Assembly: GCA_963843845.1 (NCBI GenBank)
Contig: CAWJMB010000004.1
Location: forward strand, 1 to 53,505
Length of the DNA stretch: 53,505 nt
DNA from: an uncultured Gemmatimonadaceae bacterium
Lineage (GTDB): Bacteria > Gemmatimonadota > Gemmatimonadetes > Gemmatimonadales > Gemmatimonadaceae
Direction: 5' to 3'
Below the pieces are notes generated by a model. It was given only the letters and a program-made list of their open reading frames with translations, ran no database searches and was not told where the DNA came from. The translations under genes and the position numbers were made by a program. This document shows, piece by piece, positions 43,615 to 52,292 of the stretch; within the stretch, counting starts at the first letter, position 1; every line of letters starts with the position of its first letter.

Positions 43615-43825
43615 ACGTCCGCCCGTCCTTCCTCGTCCGTTCCACCGCGGTTCGACCGCCGTGCCGACTCCGCATCACCGCCGTTCATCCGCGGTGGTAC
43701 GGCGGCGGTACGGCGGCGGTACGGCGGTGGTACGGCGGTCGAACCGCGGTGGAACGGCGGTCGAACCGCGGTGATGCGGAGGTGGGAACGGCGGACGAAA
43801 ACGGGCGGAGCGGGCGGGACGGGCG
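43615..43825. repeat. Palindromic intergenic element with a tandem 11-bp array
   Basis: About 8 units (TCATCCGCGGT, GGTACGGCGGC x2, GGTACGGCGGT x2, CGAACCGCGGT, GGAACGGCGGT, CGAACCGCGGT) enclosed by CTCCGCATCACCG...CGGTGATGCGGAG and TCGTCCG...CGGACGA. Confidence 0.8.
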
Positions 43826-43904
43826 CAGCCCTCCGCGCCGCGCAGCGCTCCCCTCCGCCGCGACGTATCCTTCCAGCGATCCCACCACCCTCTCTCCGCA
43901 CTCC

Positions 43905-45548
43905 GTGTCCCTGAATCGACGCGACTTCCTCAAGGGCACCGCCGCCGCGGCCGCCGCCTCTGCCCTCGGCGCGCGCGGCCTCGAGGCGTTCCCCGCCCAC
44001 GTCCGACCCGGCGCCGACGGCGGACGCATCATCACGACGGGGATCCCCGGCGACCCCGCGTTCCACGACGCCGCCATGAAGGCGCTCGACGCCGCGAAGT
44101 CGGCCGGCGCGAGCTACGCCGACGTCCGCATCGCGCGCTACCGCTCGCAGAGCGTGTCGACGCGCGAGCGCCGCGTCCAGGGGCTCTCCGACAGCGAGAC
44201 GTTCGGCATCGGCATCCGGACGCTCGTGAACGGCGCGTGGGGGTTCGCCGCGACGCGAGATCTCTCGACCGACAGCGTCGCGAACACCGCGCGCCAGGCC
44301 GTCGCGCAGGCGAAGGCGAACCGCGCCGCGCAGATCCGGCCGATCACGCTCGCCCCCGTCACGCCGACGGCGAACGGCGAGTGGAAGAGCCCGATCAAGG
44401 TCGACCCGTTCACGATCCCCGTCGCCGAGAAGGTGGCGCTGCTGCTCGCCGTGAACGAGGCGGCGATCAAGGGCGGCGCGCGCTTCGTGACGTCGGGGAT
44501 GAACTTCCTCCGCGAGGAGAAGACGTTCGCGTCGACCGACGGCACGTACACGGTGCAGACGCTCTACCGCTCGTCGCCGAACGTGAACGTCACCGCCGTC
44601 TCGAGCGACAACTCCGACTTCCAGTCGCGCTCCTCGACCGAGCTCGCGCCGAGCGGGCTGGGCTACGAGCACGTCACCGGCGCCGACCTCGTCACGAACG
44701 TCGCGAAGTGGGCGGCCGACGCGCAGGAGAAGCTGAAGGCGAAGCCGGTCGAGGTCGGACGCTACGACCTCATCCTCTCGCCGTCGAACCTCTTCCTCAC
44801 GATCCACGAGAGCGTCGCGCACCCGACGGAGCTCGACCGCGTCCTGGGCTTCGAGGCGAACTACGCGGGCACGAGCTTCGTCACGCCGCCGGAGAAGGTG
44901 CTCGGCCAGCTCAAGTACGGCTCGTCGCTCATGAACATCCGCGCCGACCGCGACCAGGTCGGCTCGCTCTCGGCGTGCGGGTGGGACGACGAGGGGGTCA
45001 TCCCCGAGACGTACGACATCATCAAGGACGGCATCGTCGTCGACTATCAGACGACGCGCGAGCAGGCGCCGTACCTCGAGTGGTGGTACAAGAAGCAGGG
45101 CAAGCCGGTCCGCTCGCACGGCAACTCGTACGCGCAGACGTGGAGCGACGTGCAGTTCCAGCGGATGCCGAACGTGTCGCTGCTTCCCGGCGAGAAGGAC
45201 AACACGTGGAACGATCTCATCTCGGCCACCGACCGCGGCATCGCGATCGTCGGCAACGGGTCGTTCTCGATCGACCAGCAACGCTACAACGGTCAGTTCG
45301 CGGGGCAGGTCTTCTACGAGGTGCGCGGCGGCAAGATCACCGGCATGCTCAAGGACGTCGCCTACCAGTTCCGCACGCCCGAGTTCTGGGGCGGCATGGA
45401 CATGATCGGCGGCAAGTCGTCGTACTTCCTCGGCGGCGCGAACAACGACGGCAAGGGGCAGCCGGCGCAGAGCAACGCGGTGAGCCACGGCTGCGTGCCG
45501 GCGCGCTTCCGCAACGTCAACGTCATCAACACGGGGCGCACCTCCTGA
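43905..45548 (+). CDS. tldD: TldD-family metalloprotease with Tat signal
   Basis: NRRDFLK twin-arginine motif, GASYADVR, GAWGFA, HESVAHPTELDR (HExxxH), WDDEG, RMPN, GKGQP..SHGC. Confidence 0.9.
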   Translation: MSLNRRDFLKGTAAAAAASALGARGLEAFPAHVRPGADGGRIITTGIPGDPAFHDAAMKALDAAKSAGASYADVRIARYRSQSVSTRERRVQGLSDSETFGIGIRTLVNGAWGFAATRDLSTDSVANTARQAVAQAKANRAAQIRPITLAPVTPTANGEWKSPIKVDPFTIPVAEKVALLLAVNEAAIKGGARFVTSGMNFLREEKTFASTDGTYTVQTLYRSSPNVNVTAVSSDNSDFQSRSSTELAPSGLGYEHVTGADLVTNVAKWAADAQEKLKAKPVEVGRYDLILSPSNLFLTIHESVAHPTELDRVLGFEANYAGTSFVTPPEKVLGQLKYGSSLMNIRADRDQVGSLSACGWDDEGVIPETYDIIKDGIVVDYQTTREQAPYLEWWYKKQGKPVRSHGNSYAQTWSDVQFQRMPNVSLLPGEKDNTWNDLISATDRGIAIVGNGSFSIDQQRYNGQFAGQVFYEVRGGKITGMLKDVAYQFRTPEFWGGMDMIGGKSSYFLGGANNDGKGQPAQSNAVSHGCVPARFRNVNVINTGRTS

Positions 45549-47014
45549 TGAGCACTTCGGATTCTGGCGCGCCGCGCTCTCTGTTCGCGGCCGCCGCGCC
45601 GAGCAAGTTCCTCACGCGCGACGAGTGTGAGGCGATCACGAAGAAGGCCCTCGCGTTCGCGACGGCGAACGAGACGAGCGTGAGCATCAACAGCGGGGTG
45701 AGCAGCAACACGCGCTTCGCCGTGAACCAGGTCTCGACGTCGGGCGACAGCTACGACGCCGTCGTCAACGTGCGCAGCACGTTCGGCCGGCGCTCCGGCA
45801 GCTCGACGACGAACAACCTCGACGACGCGAGCCTCAAGGCGGTCGTCGAGCGCGCCGAGGCGCTCGCGAAGCTGGCGCCCGAGGACCCCGAGCACCTGCC
45901 GCTCATCGCCGGCCCGCAGCAGTACCGCGAGCCGCCGAGCACGATCTGGGTCGACGCGACGGCCACCCTCGACCCCGCGGCGCGCGCCGCGGCGGTGCGC
46001 GCCGTCACCGAGCCGGCGCGCGCCGCCGGCCTCACCGCGACCGGCTTCATCGAGGCCGCGGCGAACGTCAGCGCCATCGCCAACTCCGCGGGGCTCTTCG
46101 CCTACAACCGCGGCACGCGCGTCGCGATGACGACGACCGTGCGCACCCCCGACGGCACCGGCTCCGGCTGGGCCGGCGGCACCGACAACGACTTCCGCAA
46201 GCTCGACCCGGCGGCGTTGGGCGCCCGCGCGATCGACAAGGCGAAGCGCTCGGCGAACCCGGTCGCGATCGAGCCGGGGCGCTACACCGTCGTGCTCGAG
46301 CCGACGGCGGTCGGCAACCTCGTGCAGCTCATCCAGGGCTCGCTCAACGCGCGCGCCGCCGACGAGGGGCGCTCGTTCTTCTCGAAGCAGGGCGGCGGCA
46401 ACAAGCTCGGCATGAAGGTCGTCGACGAGCGCATCACGCTGACCTCCGACCCGTTCGACCCCGAGACGCCGGGCGCCCCGTACTCCGGCGACGGCACGCC
46501 GAACGAGCGCACGGTGTGGATCGAGAACGGCGTCGTGAAGAACCTTCAGTACGACCGCTACTGGGCGATGAAGACCGGCCGCGCGAGCGCGTCGGGCGGC
46601 GGCGCGGGGGGCGGTCCTGGCGGCGGCGGAGGAGGGGGCGGCGGCGGGCGCGGGGGCGGCGGCGGGCTCCGCATGTCGGGCGGCACGGCGACGATCGAGG
46701 AGATGATCGCGTCGACGGAGCGCGGGCTGTTGGTCACCCGCCTCTGGTACATCCGCCCGGTCGACCAGCGGACGATCCTCTACACCGGCCTGACGCGCGA
46801 CGGCACGTTCCTCATCGAGAACGGCAAGATCACGCAGGCGGTGAAGAACCTGCGCTGGAACGAGTCGCCGATCTTCCTGCTGAACAACATCGAGGCGTTA
46901 GGCCGTCCGGTGCGCGTCTCGGCGAGCGAGGACGGGAGCCCGGGGGCGGCGATCATCATGCCGCCGGTGAAGGCGCGGGACTTCAACTTCACGTCGCTGT
47001 CGGACGCGGTGTAG
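45548..47014 (+). CDS. PmbA/TldE-family protein
   Basis: TGATG coupling to tldD. NTRFAVN, PGRYTVVLEPTAV, TGLTRDGTFLIENG, NLRWNESP. No HExxxH motif. Confidence 0.88.
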   Translation: MSTSDSGAPRSLFAAAAPSKFLTRDECEAITKKALAFATANETSVSINSGVSSNTRFAVNQVSTSGDSYDAVVNVRSTFGRRSGSSTTNNLDDASLKAVVERAEALAKLAPEDPEHLPLIAGPQQYREPPSTIWVDATATLDPAARAAAVRAVTEPARAAGLTATGFIEAAANVSAIANSAGLFAYNRGTRVAMTTTVRTPDGTGSGWAGGTDNDFRKLDPAALGARAIDKAKRSANPVAIEPGRYTVVLEPTAVGNLVQLIQGSLNARAADEGRSFFSKQGGGNKLGMKVVDERITLTSDPFDPETPGAPYSGDGTPNERTVWIENGVVKNLQYDRYWAMKTGRASASGGGAGGGPGGGGGGGGGGRGGGGGLRMSGGTATIEEMIASTERGLLVTRLWYIRPVDQRTILYTGLTRDGTFLIENGKITQAVKNLRWNESPIFLLNNIEALGRPVRVSASEDGSPGAAIIMPPVKARDFNFTSLSDAV

Positions 47015-47073
47015 AAGCCAGCGCAGAGCGGCCTTCGCGTCGCTCAGAAGAATCGCGCAGAGCGCAGAGCGTC

Positions 47074-47113
47074 GAGCGCAGAGTGAGCGGTCACTCTGCG
47101 CTCTCCTTTTTTT
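47074..47113 (+). terminator. Rho-independent terminator
   Basis: 13-bp stem GAGCGCAGAGTGA / TCACTCTGCGCTC with a 4-nt loop, then a T7 tract. Preceded by extra GCGCAGA units. Confidence 0.8.
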
Positions 47114-47258
47114 ACCTGATATCTCATCGGAGAGAAGCAATCCCGGCGCGAAGTTGCTTACACGATACGTCGAGCGGACGGCGGCGCCCGGCATGACGAA
47201 GAGTGGAAGAGTCGGTCGAGAGATACCGAAGCCGCGGCAGCATCGCGCCTCCTGGCAC

Positions 47259-50200
47259 TCACGGTCGGCCGTTGATGATGACGTTAACGCGAGTGATTGT
47301 CGTACCCTCACGTGAAAACCCAGGCGACGCGTTCGAGAAGACACCCGCACCGCTATCGCCCAGCTTCCCACTTCGTACTGCCTTCAGATACTTCGGGTCG
47401 AGGTGGTTCGCGACGAGTGGCGGAATCGAGCGTTTCTGCCGCTCGTCGAGCACCCCCGTCGCGTACGGCGCGACGGCAACCAGGCGGTCGATGCTCGACT
47501 CTCGAGCGCGACGGTATAGGCGATACGCCGACCCTCGGTGGTACTTCATGGGTAGAGCCGCGAGCTCGCGAGTCACGCCGCTCCATATCGAGTCGAGGGC
47601 CGTGGTATAGGCGACGTTCAGCGCCACGAGCGAGTCGACCTGCGCCCCGTTCAAGGCCAGAGTGTCACTCTGACGAATCAGGTGAGCGATGGGATTGGGA
47701 ATTCCACCGGATCCGTATAGCGACCGCAGTATCTCCTCCGACATTCGCTCGCCCGGACTGCTGCGCCCACGGTCGAGCTGCCGGGTGATAGTCTGCCGTT
47801 CCCGAGAAGGTCCCACCTCGATTCGCGCCGAGAGGGTGAATGATGTTGGCTGCCGGAAGACGTTCACCTGTGGATCGGCTCTCCCGAATCGAGGATTCAC
47901 CTCGTACCGAAAGCGGGCAGCGGACGCGTCGAAGCCGCGTACCACGAGAAGCGTCTGATCGGGGGCGGCGAAATTACCCCAGCCGCGCGCGCCCTGCCTC
48001 CCGTGGAGCGCGATGTCGAGAGCGGATAAGGGGTTCGAGACGATGAGTGACACCCGGAGTCGTTCCGAAAGCCGCATCTTGGCTGGATCGAACGACAGCA
48101 CCATGTTCGCGCTTGAAGTCCACGGGCCGCGGCAGCTATTGCGGCCGGCGACGATTCCCAACTGACGCCCGAGACATGTCCGGGCGGCGCTCGGACCCGC
48201 ATCGAGCAGGCGCCGCATGCCGGCAGCGAGCGTAGGATCACGCGTCGCGTCAGGGTCGGGTACGAAGGCGCGATCGTTGGATAGACCGTCACCGTTGATG
48301 TCACCGACGACGAGCGGCGTGAACGGTGAACCGCTACTCAGACGGAAGTATCCCGCGATCCGCACCGCATCCAACACCGAATAGCTGGCGTCGGCCGTAA
48401 GCTGATGCCTCGATTCGAAGCTACCGGCCGTCCAGCCGCGCTCATGTGGGTCGCCAGCCGTACTCGTGAAGCCACGATACTGCTCACGGGAATTCGAGTA
48501 CACGTACGTCGCGCTCCACGTCAGCGCACCGCTCGCCCGGACCGGGCTGATCCCGACGCGGATCTGCCGACTGACGCTCGAGAGATCGGATCGCTGCTCG
48601 AGAACCTGATCGAAGCTTGAAACGATACGTGCGTTACCCGGCGCGATCGCGCCGTTGGCGGGAACGATGCTTCCGACGTTCGCGAAGACCGGACGTCCTC
48701 CTTCGCCCGACAGAACGAAGCCCACGACCGGCGCAACGTTCAGGTCGACGACGCTCGGTTGGCTCAGGTTGCGAGAGTACACCCCTTCGATCGTTGTCGC
48801 GAAGCGGTTCCCCAGCACTGGTCCACTCCACTGTAGGTTGCCGCGCACACTACGGGGCGCAACGAAGTTCCGCGCGAAGCTGCTGACTCGGGGCGCGGTG
48901 CTACTGAATGGGGTTCCCGTCGTGCCGTCCGCGCAGCGATGCGGAATGCTGCTCACGTCGGAGGCGTACGTCGTCCACGCCGGTCGCGGGATGGCATCTC
49001 CGACGCACCGAACTTGCTGCGCCCCGTCGGTCAACCCAGTTTCGTCGAACGCTATCCTCAGCGCGGACGGCAGCAGGCCACCTTGAAACACGCCGACTCC
49101 GCCGCGAATCACAGCTCTCGGAACGCGGGCCGCTCCGTCGAAAGCGGCGAACTGAGGTGCGCTGCCGTACGCCCAAGAGAATCCCACGCGGGGACTGACG
49201 TGGACGCGATTCGGCACTGCGTCGTTTCGTACGCCGAACGCGTCGAGGACGGCCGAGTTGTAGGACGGGCGAGTCGCGAATCGACTTCCGTCCAACCGGA
49301 CGCCGTACTGCAGCTGTAGGCCCTGACTGACTCTGTACGAGTCACCGATCGACAGCGACCCCACATATTCGGAGATATCGTGCTGGGTCCGACGCAACGA
49401 TCGCGTGAATCCGCTGGGTCGATTCGCCTCGACGTCTGCGAGCGAGGCGTACGTGAAGCTGCCCAGCGAGTTTCCCGACTGATCGTCTCCGTACGTGAGG
49501 CGTCGTACCTCGCTGCTCATCTTGATGCGATGCGCGTTGTTCGCGCTCATCCAAGAGATCTGATTTCGCAAGCCCAAGACGGACTGCGTGATCCGGAACC
49601 CGAGCGCCGAATTGCCACCGAACGAAAGGCGGCGCACACTTTCTGAGCCGTCGACAAAGTCGGAACGCACCAGCACGCTTCCGCCAGGCACTGCCAGATA
49701 CGGATCACCATGCTGGCGGCTGATCGTGGTCTCCAAGGTCGTCTCGGTTAACACGACACTCTTCACGTACGCGCCATGATTCACTTGCGCCCCTACATTC
49801 CACGAGTCGCGCACACCGCTGTACGCGGGCATCTCTCCAGCCGACTGCCCGACGGGTGCCTGCCGCCTCCCAGAACCGTTGAACGTGAGGTTGAGAGTCT
49901 GGCTAGACCCAGATCCTGGGGCTACCAAATCCAGCGTGCCGAACACCGACGCGTCGTCGCTCGTCCGATTCGACCGGGAGCCTGTTGTAGGTGTCAGCGG
50001 GATGCCCTGCTCACTGAGTATGCGAACGAGTCGATTCGCCGAGTCCGCGGCGATGCCAGCCGCCTGCAAACCGAGCGCACCGGTGTTGGCCAGCGTGCGT
50101 AGCGCGTTGCTCCGACGGTCCACCTGATATGACACGTTGTAGAATGCCCGATCCAACTTGATCGGACCGCTCGCCACTCCGCTGAGCGAGGCGCTCGAGT

Positions 50201-51017
50201 ACCGCTGCCCGAGCGCGCGCGCGATGCGATCCGTCAGCTGAAGTGGTTCGGCGTCCAGAAGGAGGGAGGCGCTGCGCCGAACGAAGTTCGATCCCGGTGT
50301 GGGCTGCAGGTTGAGCTGCGCCCCGCTGAATCCACCACGACTCACGTCGTAGGGCGACGTAACCAGACTGGCGTATAGACTTGCGTCGCGCGGAACGGCT
50401 GCGCCACTGAACCACATCCCATTCAGCGTCGCACGATTCTGGTCGCCGGGTAAGCCGAGCACGGAGAAGCCAGCCGGATCCCCGTCGACGCCGAAGACGG
50501 TCGTAGATCCGGGAACTGTACCGGCCAGCCGATAGATGTCGGCTTGCTGCTCCGGCGCGATCGCCGAGCGGTCGGCCAGCTGCTCGTTCCCACCGATGTC
50601 GGGCCGTCGCTCGAACTGCGCCACACGCTGGCGCCTTCCGGTGACGAGGGCGGTATCCAAAAGCGTGGAGAGGCGTTGCAACCGGACATCCGCAATGAGG
50701 ATGTCTTCGTCGGCGACGCGCCGGAGTTCTAGGCGACGCGTGACGAAACCGACCGCGGAAAAGACGAGGAGATAGTGGCCTTCCCCGCCACCGAACGTGA
50801 TGGTGTACCGGCCGTCATCGTTCGACCGAGCAGTGCGGTTGACGCCACCGTTCGCCGAGGTCGCTGCGACGCTGACTCCGGCGACTGGTCTGCCATCAGC
50901 ATCCGTCGCTCGTCCTCGAATCACGTCGACGCCCTGGCAGAGGGCGGTCGCCGGCCGGGCCGCGTACGCGACGCCCACCAGGATGAAGAGCACAAGTCTT
51001 TTCACGGGTCGCTCCAT
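47259..51017 (-). CDS. Carboxypeptidase-regulatory-like domain + TonB-dependent-receptor-like (Oar-type) protein
   Basis: Signal peptide, IRGRATDADGRPVAGVSV...DDGRYT, plug-like YDVSRGGFSG, LQYGVRLD, SPRVGFSW, SGSPFTP..GDINGDG..NDR. Confidence 0.8.
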   Translation of the reverse strand: MERPVKRLVLFILVGVAYAARPATALCQGVDVIRGRATDADGRPVAGVSVAATSANGGVNRTARSNDDGRYTITFGGGEGHYLLVFSAVGFVTRRLELRRVADEDILIADVRLQRLSTLLDTALVTGRRQRVAQFERRPDIGGNEQLADRSAIAPEQQADIYRLAGTVPGSTTVFGVDGDPAGFSVLGLPGDQNRATLNGMWFSGAAVPRDASLYASLVTSPYDVSRGGFSGAQLNLQPTPGSNFVRRSASLLLDAEPLQLTDRIARALGQRYSSASLSGVASGPIKLDRAFYNVSYQVDRRSNALRTLANTGALGLQAAGIAADSANRLVRILSEQGIPLTPTTGSRSNRTSDDASVFGTLDLVAPGSGSSQTLNLTFNGSGRRQAPVGQSAGEMPAYSGVRDSWNVGAQVNHGAYVKSVVLTETTLETTISRQHGDPYLAVPGGSVLVRSDFVDGSESVRRLSFGGNSALGFRITQSVLGLRNQISWMSANNAHRIKMSSEVRRLTYGDDQSGNSLGSFTYASLADVEANRPSGFTRSLRRTQHDISEYVGSLSIGDSYRVSQGLQLQYGVRLDGSRFATRPSYNSAVLDAFGVRNDAVPNRVHVSPRVGFSWAYGSAPQFAAFDGAARVPRAVIRGGVGVFQGGLLPSALRIAFDETGLTDGAQQVRCVGDAIPRPAWTTYASDVSSIPHRCADGTTGTPFSSTAPRVSSFARNFVAPRSVRGNLQWSGPVLGNRFATTIEGVYSRNLSQPSVVDLNVAPVVGFVLSGEGGRPVFANVGSIVPANGAIAPGNARIVSSFDQVLEQRSDLSSVSRQIRVGISPVRASGALTWSATYVYSNSREQYRGFTSTAGDPHERGWTAGSFESRHQLTADASYSVLDAVRIAGYFRLSSGSPFTPLVVGDINGDGLSNDRAFVPDPDATRDPTLAAGMRRLLDAGPSAARTCLGRQLGIVAGRNSCRGPWTSSANMVLSFDPAKMRLSERLRVSLIVSNPLSALDIALHGRQGARGWGNFAAPDQTLLVVRGFDASAARFRYEVNPRFGRADPQVNVFRQPTSFTLSARIEVGPSRERQTITRQLDRGRSSPGERMSEEILRSLYGSGGIPNPIAHLIRQSDTLALNGAQVDSLVALNVAYTTALDSIWSGVTRELAALPMKYHRGSAYRLYRRARESSIDRLVAVAPYATGVLDERQKRSIPPLVANHLDPKYLKAVRSGKLGDSGAGVFSNASPGFSREGTTITRVNVIINGRP

Positions 51018-51324
51018 ACCGCGTCGCTCTGCACAATTGGAGAGGTTGTCGCCGCGGCGGATCGACCGACGACCTGAGCCGTGCCAGACATGATTCGTGG
51101 TACGGATCGGCGATCGGGCGGCACAGAATCGTGGCGAACGAGCCGGCCGACTGCCAAGGGCATACCACAACCCGATCGCCGCGTCATAGGTACTGCTATG
51201 CCAGGGGTAACGGAGCCGCAAGTAGGCAGTGGAGGCGGTCGGTAATCTGAACTGGCCAGGTGTGGGGGCCATGCGCGAGCAGCGATCACTACGACGGGGC
51301 CCGCCGCGTGTCTGTGGGCACACA

Positions 51325-52292
51325 TGGTCTTGAGTCGCTTTGACGGACGCGCGGTTCACGCTGCTCGCGCCAGTCGGCCGAGCTGCCGTTCGTACTGCAC
51401 GGGACTGACGTAGCCGAGGCTCGAATGCCGCCGCTCGCCATTGTACCACGCGTCGATGAACTCGGCGACCGCGCGGTGTGCCTCGCGCCGCGCGTCGCGA
51501 AGTCGGCGCCGCCGAGCAGCTCGTGCTCGAGGGTCGCGAAGAACGCCTCCGCGACGGCGTTGTCGAAGCAGTCGCCCTTGCCGGCTCATGCTCTGCACGG
51601 CGCCGTGCGCCGCGAGGACGGCGCGGTACTCGCGGCTCGCGTACTGGCACCCGCGGTCCGTGTGGTGGATGCAGCCCCGGCGCGCGGGCGGCGCGGCCGC
51701 AGCGCCATGCGGAGCGCAGCCAGCGGGCCGTCGGTCGCGAGGTCGCTGCTCGTCGCCCAGCCGACGACTCGGCGCGAGCTCAGGTCCAGCAGCACGGACA
51801 GGAACAGCCACCCCTCGCGCGTCGGGATGTACGTCAGGTCGCCGACCCACGCGGTGTTGGGCACCGGGTGGTCGGCGAGCGCGAAGCGGCGGCCCAACAG
51901 GTTCGGCGCGACGGGCTCCGCGTGGGCGCTGTCGGTCGTCGCGACGCGCCGTCGCGCGCGCCGCGCCGACCAGCCCGTCCTCGCGCATCAGCCGCGCGAC
52001 GCGGCGCTGGCCCACGCGCGTGCCCGCCGCGCGCAGCTCGCGCACGACCCGCGGCGCCCCGTAGCGCCCGCGGCTCTTCCGGTGCGCGGCCCGCACCTCG
52101 ACCCGCAGGCGCTCGTCGGCCGTCGCCCGCGCGGGCGGCGGCGCAGCCGCCGCGCGCCGCGGGCGCGCGTAGTAACCCGCCGACGCTCACGCCGAGCGCC
52201 CGCGCACATCAGCCGCACCGGGAAGCGCGCCCGGTGGGCCTGGATCACGGCGTACCTGTCGCTCACCGCGACTCCCTCGCGAAGTACGCCGC
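51325..52292 (-). mobile_element. IS3-family element (orfB with frameshifts), interrupted at the orfA/orfB junction
   Basis: YGAPRV, WVGDLTYIPTREGWLFL..LDLSSRRVVGW, HHTDRGCQYAS, WYNGERRHSSLGYVSP. OrfA tail AAAYFARESR* at about 52263-52295. Terminal TG end at 51325. Confidence 0.88.

Noticed and set aside
43685..43775. Tandem array as a CRISPR
   Set aside because: The units are 11 bp and contiguous with no unique spacers, and there are no cas genes.
46595..46670. G-rich run in pmbA as a DNA repeat element
   Set aside because: It encodes an in-frame poly-Gly linker with varied codons.
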